Source: Chlorokybus atmophyticus
Lineage: Eukaryota; Plantae; Mesostigma and Chlorokybus algae
Length of the DNA stretch: 64,000 nucleotides
Assembly (NCBI GenBank): GCA_009103225.1
Contig: RHPI01003244.1
Coordinates: forward strand, 186,001 to 250,000
Reading direction: 5' to 3'
Shown piece after piece: positions 37,402 through 50,400 of this stretch (the stretch's first letter is position 1; each line of letters begins with the position of its first letter). Under the pieces are notes generated by a model, which saw nothing but the letters and a program-made list of their open reading frames with translations, searched no databases and was not told where the DNA came from. The position numbers were made by a program, and so were the translations under genes.

Positions 37402-40400
37402 ATGGGACAGAACGTTGATACTGGGACGCCGACGCCGCCTGCCACCCCGCCCACTCCCAGGTTTGACTTGATACGCACGGTGAACCAATGCTAACCTAAG
37501 CAAGCGTAACATGCTGGCCGAGAGGGTGACATGCTGCCTAGGCTGTGTATAAACTTCTGAAAGGTGACTGAGCTTGTGGTATCAACGTACACTGTTCTCG
37601 CCGTGAGCTCTTGGCCTGCGCTGCTCGTGGTGGCCACCTCTCTCAATTGCAACGCAAGGGCACAAATTACCTAACACTGAAAACGCTAGAGCTAAGACTG
37701 CTCACGCAACAAATTTTAGAAGCAACAACACGAGTCACTGAGTGTGGCACGCGCAATTGTTGTCACTTGCGACATGGTAATGCTGCTGACAGTCTCTCTT
37801 TCGCACGTACACATGTCAAGGCTCAAGGGAAACTGACTAATGCAAGCCAGCCAGCCAGGGGGCTGGCGTTCTGCGTGCTTGTGCGCTTGAAGCATGCATA
37901 TTCAACCACTATTTGTGTGCGCACATGCGCACGTAGTATGTGTGCGTGCACACAACTGTTAATCCCAAGCTGCCATGTTTTCAGCCCTACAACACGAGCA
38001 AAGCTGGAAGGGTGTTCGCGGCTGATCAGCAACGGCATCTACCGCTCCCCGTACACCCACTGGTGGGAAGTCGCGGTACGCACTCCTACTCTCACTGCTT
38101 CTCCCCAACACAGTCGTCACCCTTTGGTACTAGCAGTGGAGTAGTAGCTCTTACAGCCAGCATGCATGCACGCAGGCCTCCCCGCGCCACCCGGGATCAG
38201 GGTTAGTGACATCACCGCCACGGGCGCTGTCGTCGTTGTCATCGTCCACGCCGGTGACACCGGCCTCGACGCCAGCAGCTACACCACCGCGCAGGGTGGC
38301 TTGGCCAGAAGAGGCGCCGACAGTTGTGTTGTTGCCTCTAAAACCAAAAACAACCACAACAGCGTGTTATGATCTCCGTGACGACCAGAGCAGAACACAA
38401 CAGCAAAACTCTGTTGAGGGCCAGGATGGCGATGGCCTGGCCAACGTTGACAAGATTGCCGGTAAGCCAGCATTGCTTCTTTGCAAGTGCATGTTCAATC
38501 AGCTGCTCTGTGTGTGACGCAAAAGAGTGTGTGCAGAGCGAAAGAAGAGAATGGAGGCTTTTCGTCAGCGCCGCGCACAGGTGCTTGCTATCCACGACAC
38601 TGCCAGTCGAGGCACCGGTGGCGATGATGATACTGTTGTACCGGAGGTCGTCACGCATCATGTTGAGAGGGCAACCGCCTCCACCCCTGGAAGCAATGTC
38701 ACAATGGATGCAGCGGAGACCCCCGACGAGCAGAGAATAGCGGGTAGAGATCTGAGGATTCAATCGTGTAATAATAAAGCTGATGCTGTGCATGCGGCAA
38801 TTGTTTCGTGGCACACGCATGACTGGGTGTTGTTTTTTCCAGACCGAAGGCGGCGCTTGGAGCAGGTTCGGCTGCGCCGTGAGCAGCTCCTCCTTCTTGC
38901 GTCTGAGAGAGCATCACGCAATGTCGATGTGTTGCAAGAGGCCTCCTCAGCAGAGACGGGTTCGTTGCAAGAGCATACAGAAACAGCTCTCCCGTACACA
39001 GAAGGAAGCTTACATGGACGCGAAAACAGTGGTGTGCATGCAATGGGTCTTGAAGAAGGCTATCATGGGCAGCGTGTTGAGATTGAGCGGCAGTGGGGCG
39101 ATGCACTGCAGCAGCACCTGTCTTCTTTGGACACATCATCTGAACTTGATGCTGTGATGTTGGCACGGGGAGTTAACGCACAGGAGCAGCTGGAGGCATC
39201 GCCTTCTGGCAAACAAGACTGGCGAGATGGTGATGGGAGGATTGTGGATGCGCAGCAACAGCACTCGTCAATGATGCGCGAACAACACGATGAGGACACG
39301 CACGCAACGTCACTTGTTTGGAGCAAAGCTACAGCTTCAAGGAGGCAGTTTGACCCTGGGGACGTTACTTGGGACACTCAGGCTGTGCCCAGCAACCCCG
39401 GTAATACGTGCACACCTTATCATCCCCTTGCTTGCTTGCCAACTTCAGCAGCCTCACCTATGCTGTTATGACACTGCAGGTCCGCGTGCTCGAGCCGGCC
39501 ACGCATCCGCTTCGTGGGGCGAGAACCTCCTCATCACTGGCGGGGCCGGCTTGTCTCTATTCAGCACGTGGCAGCTGGACGCATGCACGTTAAGCTGGCG
39601 GAAGCGTCGAGCTGAGGGTGACGTGGACCCCGCTGCCACTAACACCGCCGCCTCCGCATACACCTCGGCTACATATGTCCCGGGCAACGCAGCGGCCGAG
39701 CTTGAGGCCTGCGTCATGCTTTTTGGCGGCTGGCGGGAACCTGATGGTGGTGGTGGTGGTGGTAATGTTGGTGTTGCAGTCAGTGCGGACCTCTATGTGC
39801 TTGAGGGCCTGAACGACAGTCCCGACACGCCCCTTACCTGGAGCAAGATACCACACGAGGGTGAGTCTCGGTGGGGTGCGGGTACCGCACACAGAAATGT
39901 TGGGTTTTGCAACCGACAAGCCTGTCTCACACTTGCTCACAGGTAGGGACAAGTGGCCGCAGGCTCGTGCCATGCATGCAGCGGAGCTCCTGAATGACCG
40001 CATCCTTGTGGTTGGCGGCTGGACAGGTGAGCGTGACACGGCAACAGAGGCCTTGGCTGAGATTGGCATGCGCTGTACCTTGTGTACCAAAAAGTCTACG
40101 TGATTGTTTTGTGTACGCAGGTGGTGGGGCAGCCAGACGCGACTTCTTATCAGACGTGTGGCAACTTGATGTTGTCACTCTGCAATGTGAGTGCCTCTTT
40201 TGTTCTCCCAACAAGGTGCGAGTCAGTTGGTCCTGTGTGCAACGAAGTGTTGCATGCACAGGGGAGCGCGTGGAATTAAAGGGCGTGAACTTGCCAGTGG
40301 GTCGCGCCGGCCACACCGCCACACATGTGCACGAGACAGGCCAGGTGTACATACTTGGCGGCCACAACGAGCTCGGTCCCGTCGCCATCGTGGGCGTATT

Positions 40401-41496
40401 CGACCCCGCCACACGCCACTGGATAGAGCAACCATCCACCATGTTCGGCCCATGCGCTCGCTCCGGTCACGCCGCCATCGCATGCAGAGGCACCATCCTC
40501 ATCCACGGCGGCTGCGACGCCGTTGGCAACGTGCTGTCGGACATGTGGATATTGCATACAACATCGCTCACGTTGTCGCGGGTGGAGATTGAACAAAACC
40601 ACCCGAGGTCCGGACACAGCGCAATCCTGATCGGCGGGCACCGTGTTGTTATTGTCGGTGGGCTGGTTGACGCACACCGCGGCGTGTGCGCTGCTGGCAA
40701 TGATGTGGTAGTGTGTCTACGCACACACCGGCCGTGCGTAAAGCAACTCAGGGTGATTGGAGGGCCTCTACACTCCACTGTGAGGGCCGCAAGCTATGCA
40801 TTGACAAAGCATGAGTCGCCACAACTGCGGTTTCAGTGGTACCGCCAACGAAATGGTGAGTGACGAACGCATGCAACCAAACGTGGTTGTGTTGATGCGG
40901 ACCGTGTGTTGGTGCCTTCAGGATGCCCATGTGAAGTCGTAGCGGGTGCAACCTTGGCAGGATATTTGCCCACCGCGGACGACATCGGCTGCTTGCTCGG
41001 TGTGTCTTGCCGTGCTGGCGACAGCTCCTTCTTCGCGCGCAGCGACGACGTTGTCCAGCTCGACCCGCACGTCGCCAGCATCATAAACGACTGGTTGGCC
41101 CGCGGGTATGCCGAGTTCTCTATAGATGTGTCCGTGACTCAACGACAGCAACACCAAGAACACAAAGACAAAGCTCTCTCTTCTTCCTTGCGTGCTGCCA
41201 CACTGCGGCTGTTCATGGACCGCGTGAAGCTGAAGCTATGTGGCGCGGGAGGAGGAGGGGCCACAGCGTACAACGGTGCGTGGAGGCCCGGCTTTGTGGT
41301 GTCATTGCTGCATAAAGGTGATCAAGGTGCGACATTTGAAGTTAGGTTTGATGTGCGAGGGCCAGTTGTGCATGCCGTTGTGCTCGATGCAGCACAGCGG
41401 GACCTGCTTGCGCTTGCGTGTCGGGCCTTCTGGGCTGCGGCGATGGCACGGCCACAAAGCGTGCCGTATACGCGGGTGTTGGCCATGCAAGTGTAA
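37402..41496 (+). CDS. Kelch-repeat beta-propeller protein with low-complexity/coiled N-terminus and unassigned C-terminal domain
   Basis: Kelch motifs PRARAGHAS...LLITGG, PQARAMHAA...ILVVGG...FLSDVW, PVGRAGHTA...VYILGG, PCARSGHAA...ILIHGG...LSDMW, PRSGHSA...VVIVGG. Phase-consistent 5' exons from ATG 37402; stop at 41496. Confidence 0.82.
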
Positions 41497-42009
41497 AGGC
41501 TGTCATGCGAGAGCAACTTAATGGAGATCATGTATGTTAAGGCTGTACACAGTTGTAGACAAGTAGTCAGGATATGACATAACTTTGCAACCTTTGTCAA
41601 ATTGGGAGTTGCGCATGTTTGCACCATTCGTTGGTATTTGTGAAAGAGTAGTAGCAGAATGTCGAGCGAGCAGTATACAATGCAACCAAGAGAGAGACAC
41701 CTTGGTGGAGTCCAGCTGACTGTCAGGACTCCTACCAGCACATTTAGCGTGGGTGGGTAGGTGCGAGTGATGATGAGCAGGGAGCAGCAGCGCAAATTGC
41801 ATTGCTGTGCTAGTCAACCTTTCAATCCAACAATGGCATATTGCAAGTGTGCAGAGACCTGTTCGTACTCTCTATATATCCAAAGGAAAGCTTGTAAGTA
41901 AAACAAGGAGGAACACACAATCCTCACACAGTAACGCATAGAGTTACACTCATTCCGAACTACACTACCACCACTCCTATGTATATGCAACACCACCTTG
42001 CCACACACT

Positions 42010-44303
42010 TTACGCAACGCACATGAGGGCGCGCTCTGCAGCATCGCGTCGAGCCAAGCTAGCCGACTGGCCATGCCCCAGAGAAAGCTGTCGATTCTGT
42101 ATGCGAAGCTCCACAGTGAACATGCTCTTATTGCCTTCCATTTGCTGCTGGTTTATCAACCGAAACACGGGCATCTCCTTGTACCGCTTTGAAATCCTGG
42201 TGTTGATCTGCGATATAGGGTCATTGACCTTGCCGGTCAATGCGCACTGCTCCAACCAAGGCAACAGCTTGTCTTCACAGAACTGACAAGCAACTGCAGC
42301 GCCCTGCCAGTGCAAAGCCTTTAGTTAACCCATAGTCCAGAGGAGGTACAATAAGCCACTACAAACCATGTATCTTCGGGAGGGGAAAAGCAGAAGTGTG
42401 ATATGACGTTTGCGTCGTGAAATGTACAGGCAGTACGTACCTTGTACGCATAGATAGCTCCAAGTATCGTTTCAATGCAGTCAGCAAGGATGTTGTCGAC
42501 TCCTTTGCTGTCCCAGCCAACATCTGCCAGTGATGTCACGCTAGCATCATATCGACACCTGAATTGGGCTGCCAGCACCACATGCATGAGATCCATTGGT
42601 CCCCGCCCAACTTGCGCAAGTGCACGATTGCTGCGCATATGCGACTTCATAATAGTCAGCTGCCCGATCTGTAGGCGCGGCCGAGCACGGGTGAAGTAGT
42701 CCACTGCCACCAAGTTAAGGAGGGCATCACCAACCTGCTCAAGCTGACGCCTGATCTGAAAACAACCAAGCATCGCTGTTAGGATGTGAGCTTTTCACTC
42801 AATGCTTGCACCCAACTGCTGCTCACTCAACAAAGCTCAGCCAAAAGAAGCCGAGCAGTGATCACACAAACACGGCGCTGACATGCCCACCAGCCACATA
42901 CCAGAGTATGCTCTGCATGAGCGTCCCGCGGCACCAACTCTGCTTGATCATCTCCATTGTGAAGCTGTGCAAACATGGATGCCACATCTTGGGAGTTACC
43001 CTTGGGCTGACTGTCGACAGTGCCATCATGATGGCCAGCAACGCCAGTGGACTGGCCTTCAATGTCCATATCTGCGGGGAGCTCAAGCTGGCGAGGCATA
43101 TGCCTATTGTAATAGCTCTCGTGTACCAATGCTCGCATGAGGAGCTCCTTCTCCGCAAAGCGAAGGCCAACAAGCTCTTCTAACGCCTGCTCAATGTGAA
43201 AGGATGAGCCCATGCTCTGACACAAGCATGTACTTGACTACAACCAACCAACGCACCTCCACCTGCGCCCACCAACCCTCTGGTACACGCAAGCGCGTAG
43301 TAATGTTGTCAGGATATGACCATCTATTTGAGCAACTGGGTAGTGACAGGGGGCGAGGCGAAGCAACTGCAGGTTCCTCAAAGGGTACAGACCTGTCCTC
43401 AGCATGCACACTTGAGCTCTGTGCCGCACCGTTGGTATCTGTCAATGGTGACTTGCGAGGCTTTGTCTCCTGGAGAACTTTAGCAGACGCAGTCACCGCT
43501 GGCGCTGCTAGATCCAAGGTCTGCACGAAAAACCAACTTTTAAGTCATCACCGCGCTATCAACATGCTCTGCAGTCCTTCCAGAACCACAAACAACACAT
43601 TGTCCTCGCACGACGGGACAATGCACACAACCTGCAGCACCCCGGATCAAACAGCGAGCATGAGCGGCTGAGCTGCAGCACCTGCCGGCTGGGCCAGCGG
43701 TCCACCGGAGGCGATGGTGCGCGAGGCGGCTGTTGTCGCGGGAGAGGAGGTTGCTGAACCTGCTGCGGGTATGCTTGCAAATGCGGGTACGCAGGAGGTA
43801 GCTGCTGTTGATACTGCTGCTGAGGGTAGTTTGGAAATGGGGGTGGCAATGGAGGCCCTGGTGGCGGGGGCGGTAGCTGTACATGATACTGATACTGCTG
43901 CTGCTGCTGCTGCTCCTGCCATTGGTTGTACTGCTGTGCTTGATAATGCCATTCTGCTAAGCCGTACTCCTCCGCTGCAAAAGCCTGAGCTTGTAGGTAG
44001 GCATCATACTGCACAAATTACAACAGCGAAACACAACAGTCAAATACATGAAAAACAACAAGCAACTTGTACTTTTGTACAAAGCAACTGTGACAAGAAC
44101 ACTGCACCAATGCGCATAGGGCAGCTGGCTCGATCTCAAGGCAATCAGATCACCTCATCAGTAGCGTAACAGGCCTGATCACCGGGCTCTGAAGAAGGGG
44201 CACCACCGACCGCAGCCTTACCCTTTGCAGCTGCGCCCTGGCCATACAGAGCATAGAGACTTCGCGCAGCTACGGCTGACTTCCGACGCAGAACACCCTT
44301 CAT
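42010..44303 (-). CDS. Ribonuclease III-family protein (single RNase III domain + C-terminal dsRBD) with Pro/Gln-rich N-terminus
   Basis: LEELVGLRFAEKELLMRALVHESY; signature RQLEQVGDALL; ILADCIETILGAIY; dsRBD-like DPISQINTRISKRYKEMPVFRL...FTVELRIQNRQLSLGHGQSASLARRDAAERAL; stop at 42010. Confidence 0.88.
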
Positions 44304-44928
44304 GCCTATGTCACTTACTTCTCACAATCACTAGGCTGCAGGCAGCAGCTAAGAGCAGCTGCGCTCTCCAACACCTGTGCTCCACAAATTCAGCCAGGTC
44401 CTAGCCTCGCTCATCAACCTGCCGCCGCCCGCACTCCTCCACCGCCGGCGGCGGCTTGGATGCCTACGCCATGGAGCCAATCCGTCACGCCGCCGCCTCC
44501 TCCGACGCCGCCGCCGACAACACTGTGCTGCCCACCACAAACCCTACGCCGCCAGCTGGCAGCCAAGTTGGAGTGCATACGGTACACGTACCAGGTACAC
44601 GTACCGGTACGTGAAAAGTGTACATTTTACCACATTGGGGTCCCTCACCCGACGTGATGCCGTCAAAGTCACGACCTATAACCGAAACCCGGTTAAGAGA
44701 CATTTGATTTTGACATTCTATAACTTTGGCTATGGTTACTTGTTTGTGACGGGAGAACAACCACGACGTTCCTTGTGAAGTATGGTTTACCGGAATGTAT
44801 ATCACTTGGTTAGAAACTAACTCAGATTAACACAGCAGGCCGCGCAACTACCATGTCTAAAAGTTGTCATTTTTCAAAACTGTGCCGAACTTGAGACAGT
44901 CACTGTATCACTGTATCAGGCTTGTATA

Positions 44929-45346
44929 CAGTCTAATCTCGATTAGTGCTTGTTCAATTAGTGCATATCCGCGTTTAATGCATGAAATCGGCCATCACCG
45001 ACGTCTTCAGGGGTGAAGACCTGTGCGTTAAGAGCATATGCATAGAATGCTAAGTGCATACTATGAGATGCCTAACCTTTGGTGTGTCTATACACTTATT
45101 AAGGTGGATTGCGCCTGAGTTACGGATAGATTACAGTGTATGGTAGGTACGGTTGTACACGTTATAGCGTAATTCAGGGTTAGGATAACTCAATAAGTGC
45201 ATAGGTTATGCACTTATGCCAACCCTAAGTGCATAATACATGCACTTAAAGCGGGTGCATAAAATATGCACTTAACGAGGATGCATAAACGATATAAGTG
45301 CATACATGCCCGTTCCTGATGGTATGCACTTATCGAGGTTAGACTG
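44929..45346. mobile_element. Tc1/mariner-type MITE (418 bp)
   Basis: TA TSD at 44927-28 and 45347-48; 21-bp TIR CAGTCTAATCTCGATTAGTGC vs CAGTCTAACCTCGATAAGTGC (19/21); internal AAGTGCATA/TATGCACTT repeats. Confidence 0.88.
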
Positions 45347-47405
45347 TAGCTTATTGGGCTGTCACTAGGCATTGCAAATATGTTGAAGATCATCAGATAA
45401 GCTATTGGCTATCATTTGGTGATGTGCCGCCCGGTACATTAGTAGTTCTACGCGTGTTATGCATGACCCTTACTAGCTTGGCACTTTTTAAGCACAAACA
45501 TAGAAACTTTAACAACGCATCTCTTACTACGCTAATTTAACCGAGACTTGTACATAATGTGTGTAAGCATCAATTGTAACACGACTCACTAACCGAGGCG
45601 CCAGCAACACGTGTAAACGGCGGAGTTTACACATGTCGTTGAAAAGGCGCATGTCGCTGATTCGGGTCACTTTCCTTAAGTCCCTCAAGCTAGCTGATCC
45701 GTCCTTCCGCGGCTGGACTCACGACTACTTTATCCGTTTTAAGACAGAACCGACCACTATCGAACGCTAGTGAAAATGTGTGATTACACATGCTCGCTGA
45801 ACTCGTGAAGTTCCTTTGTTTATGCTTGAGTACAAGTAGTCACAATGGTCATTGGTACATATGATGAAACCGTAAGTGTATATTAAGTTTGGGAGTTCAT
45901 ATCCTGGACTCAAGATTGCTGTGTAAGCGAGCATTAAGTTATTCTTGGACTCGGTGCTAGCAGAATGTAAATGTGTGTGATTATGCACGACAAGCTGTTG
46001 CGATACCAAGAAAACCTACAGCCTGTGAGAGAATGCAATGCTTGCGCATCGAATTGCTTGACACTAGTGTGTACTTAGTTGCTCTCTATGGAATAGTGTG
46101 ACAGGTATATCCGAGTATAGCATCTTTTGTTGCTGCATTCATTCACCTTACCTAATAGTAGCTGCATCTTTGAACTCATGCACGAAATTATGAAAAAGCC
46201 TTATAGTAATGGCTTATTGACTTTGTCATTCACTGACATTATGTGTAATATATCATATAGCAATAGCCATAGCGTGCGTGCTTGCATTCGTAAATTTATC
46301 ATGCTGTCACATAACACCCGCTATTCTTCTTGCATAGCATGACACAATCATTGGTTGTTATTACACGTACACCTAGCAGGGGGGTGTTCTTTCGCCTTCA
46401 CCCGCGTGTCCACCAGCACTACAGCCAAGGAATTTCGAGGAGGATCCGCCCTCAACCTTGCGAAGCTCGACATTTATATCGTACTATGTTACATACTGTA
46501 CATCTCGGGCTATGTGCCTCATTGCACAGCACCTGCACACTGCCACTAAAGTAACCAGCGATGTCTTTCATTCATATGGTGGCAATATATGCTTTATCAA
46601 AACCCACAAACCAATTGTGACCCTAAGTATTGTGAGGGCCTCGTGTCTGCTGATGTGTCTGCTGATCAAATGGACAGCGCACATTATGTCCATCTCCACT
46701 TTTGACTCGATGTTTGTGCATATATGCAAACAGGTCAATGATGTGACTTGCGAATGATGTGGGTCATAGTGTGGGCAGCAGGTTGGACTCCAAACCCAGT
46801 CATGGCGCGCGTGCGTGTGTGTGTATCGACATCTCTCTTGTTGTCTCTCTTGTTGGGCCTTGGTTTATGTAACAGCACAAGCATGTCTATATCTCTCTAG
46901 ATTATAGCAACACAATGCAAAGCCACAGCGGCATGTGTCCATACCTATCAACACACTCTACACCACACATACAGCACACCGGGCAACAGCAGCAGTCAAA
47001 GGCAGTGCTTACACGATTAGGCATAGAAATATGCCTATATGCACAGAACCTACCTACTACCTAGCTATTACCAAGCAAGATCCTACTGCAGCCTTTTGAT
47101 GTATGGAGTATAACCATAGTGTCTAACCATCCCCAATGCAGGTTATTGGAGCCAGGCAGAGGCTTTCCCATAGGTAGCAGTGAATAGCTATGCACAGAAA
47201 TTACAAATACTTGGCAAGTGTTTTACTGCTTACGGGTGGTAGATGCCCCTGCCGCTGCCCAGCATGCCAAGTCGAGTTCAGATCAGCATTGAGATGAAAC
47301 CGATCCGGGAGGCCTTGCAACTGGACTTGTGTGACCGTCTCAGCCTGGGTGCCAACCTGCGCATGTAACATGAGACAAGTAAGAAGATGAGCAGATCAAG
47401 GCAGA

Positions 47406-50400
47406 TCAACATGAACAGGGCCGTGTCAACACCCTTGCCTGTGTGCTCTTTAGGCCTGAAGTCAATGCCTCCGACTCCTTTGCTTCCTCTGAATCACGGT
47501 GGACGATGGCATCTGCTTTAGACGGTTGTAGCGTTCCTCCAACCATGTCCATTAAACCTCTTTGCCACGCATCAAGAATAGCATCTATGTCCGCCTTGTC
47601 CTCACTGTGGTGCTGTCCCAGCGAATGTCTTGGTGAGTCGTCAGGCTTCGGGTGCTGCGAGATGTGTTTGCGCTTAGAGGTCAGAAAATGTGCGTGTAGA
47701 AAAGGCTCACATCCGATCCAGCACAAGTGCCAGCAATTGCACAGGTGGCCTGTAATATCCATTGCAGACAATTACCTGCTGGCGGTTTTGCAACCACCGT
47801 GTGAGAGAGGGCGTCTGTTTCGTTCTCTTGGTTTGGGATGCGGCTAGTTTGATACCCAACCTGAACACCTTGACTGTTGTAGCGTCCCTTGTCAACGGCA
47901 CGGGCACCTGCAATGCCCTCCATGAGTAATATTGTTGACTTGGGAAACTCCAGACCCCCTTTTTCATGACTGATACCTTGAGTATTGATGGAGGCTGCAG
48001 GTTGCTTATTGCCTGCACCAGTTGCTTCATGTCCTCAATTTGCAAAGCCCGCCGCTGTGTCCAATCATCCGCATCGCTTGTCGAGGCCTGTTGGCTATGT
48101 GCATCATTTGCGTGCATGTACACGGCAACCGGCAGTTGCACAGCCAACTCTGCCGCAGCGGATTTGGCGCTTGTCGCGCTTGTGGATTCAAAGGACGCTT
48201 CCACGCTGATCTGTTCATTCATCAAAGATAGTCTCACTGGACCGGGAGATGGCGCAAGTGGTGTTCCAGGATCAACTTCAGTGACTCCATCATCAGTAAT
48301 AACCTTTGGTGCCCACGGCAGGTCTCGCGGCGACCGTCTCAATGCGCTCGGACTGCGCGAGTACGTGTCACTCGCACTCGCACTATCCGGCGAAGGACTC
48401 GTGCCCGGCAACATCAGTCTCTCAATCTGAGAAGCAGGCTCTTGGTTGGCCATCATAGCAGCTCTCAGTCCCAGAGTGTGTCTTCCGGCCTTCTCCTTTG
48501 CTGCGGCCGCGGCGTGCATGGCGTCCAAGTACTGGTATGAGGAATGCAAAGACATGGCGTAATGCTTCACCAAGCCGCCCGCTCGGTCGAGTTCTTGCAT
48601 CAACGTGGTCACGTTGCCGGCCATCTCCTCGCGTAAGGACGTCTGCAACGCACGCTCTTGCCTCACGGCATCTTCAACAGCTGTCCTGATAAGCGACTCT
48701 TGGCGTTCCAAGTTTTCCTGCAGAAGAATATGCAAGACCATTAATTGATAGATTAACAGAAACATAAACATTGCCACACCCAATGGCACCCTGGTTACCA
48801 ACCTTGGAGAGGACGACAATGTCTGCCATGGCCTTGATTTGCGCCTGAAGCTTCTCAACCTCTACATTCGACTTGACCTTGTCACGATTCCGAGCTGTCT
48901 TGAACTCATCTACTTGGACTTGCAAGCTTGCTTTGCTCTCCTGCTCGTCCAAAACATAAGCAATGAGTGCTACACATCGCCGACCATTCTCAACCCATTC
49001 AGGTGATGGTCGTGCGCAGTTACCTGCGCACTGCGTGCCATCTCCTCTGCATGCTCAACAGCCCTCTGCATTTGCGTAACACTTAGCTTGCATTGCTGCT
49101 CCTTTTTGCGCAAATCTTCCATCTGTCAATAAGTAAGTGCTGAGCGTTCATCAAACAGGAGTTGCAAGCACTATGCTGTCCACATGCGCGTTGCAACAGA
49201 CAAAGCATTACTGACCTTCTGCTCTATCTCATACTGCATTTCTGCCCACTTTCGATCCAGGTCTTCCTGCGCACTCGACTGCGCCTCCTGCTGCTTGTGC
49301 AGCAGTGCTTTATAGTGTGCCACCTCCTGTCAAAGTCATGCTTGTTGGTTGTTCACCATGATAATTGCCAATGATCTGGCAGATATCAACCATGGACAAA
49401 ACGCTCACCTCATTGCCCTTTGCCACGGCTGCTGCCACCTCTTCACGTAGTCCTTGCATGCACTGCTCGTGCTCCTGTGCATATGCACGCAATAAATGTC
49501 AACCAACTTGACCTGTTAAGTACCTTGCACTGCGCATTGCAGTACAACCACCACCTACCTCCTGCAGTTTCTGTTCGCGCTCGCCTGCAGCACGGATCAA
49601 CTGAGCATACTCTTCACGCTGCTGCTTCGCTTGCTTGGCAGCAGTGGCAGCAGCTTGCCCAGCTGCCAATGACTGCATCACAAACACAACACATGTGAGA
49701 AACAACCTGTTCTACCAGGGTGACTGCTTCTAAGCAAATTACCCTACCTTTGCATCAAGGTCTTGCCGCGTCGTTGCATGCGCGACTACTTCCGCTGCAA
49801 GCTCTCCGCTCGTGCGTGCCAACTCCTGCTTCAACTTGTTGGACAGAACCTCAAACTCCTTGGCTGACTTGCGCAGTTGGTCCGTTTCCGTCTGGCAAAC
49901 GGAAGGGACATTGTGTTAGCGTGCACGCATGCCTGTTTGCACACACATACATCATAATCACAGCTCCACCTTGTAGCTCGATTCAACTTGCTGCAGTCGT
50001 TTTGTCGTTATCTCCAGTCTTTCTTTGGCCTCAAGGTGCAATGCACGCTGTTCTGCCAGCGCAGCATGTTGGGTCGCGGCGTCTTCATTACGGACTTGGC
50101 GTTCCTTGAACAGCTCATCCGACAGTTGCGTCACCTGCAATCCATGGTGAGTTCACTATCGACTTGCGATTACATACACGTGCACGCAGACACACTAGCA
50201 TGATTATGCAAGCATTGCTGGCACGGACTGTATACAGTGAATACATCACTCACTCGAGCGGTAAATGTCTTCAATCCTTCCGCTTGCCGATCCAGCTGTG
50301 TTTTCTGCTCTGCATTCAGCGTGGTCAGGTTCTCAACGTCTTTCTCCAGCTGCTTCTTCGTGCGTTGAGATTCCTTGACGAGTTGCTGCAGTACCTGCTC

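Noticed and set aside
40066-40067. Third GC donor (GCATGC) in the Kelch gene
   Set aside because: A canonical GT donor at about 40027 (TGGACAG|gtgagc) gives the same frame and a better Kelch motif.
45350-47400. AT-richer interval with scattered short ORFs
   Set aside because: No termini, motifs or splice-consistent model recognised; probably degenerate repeat plus 3' UTR.
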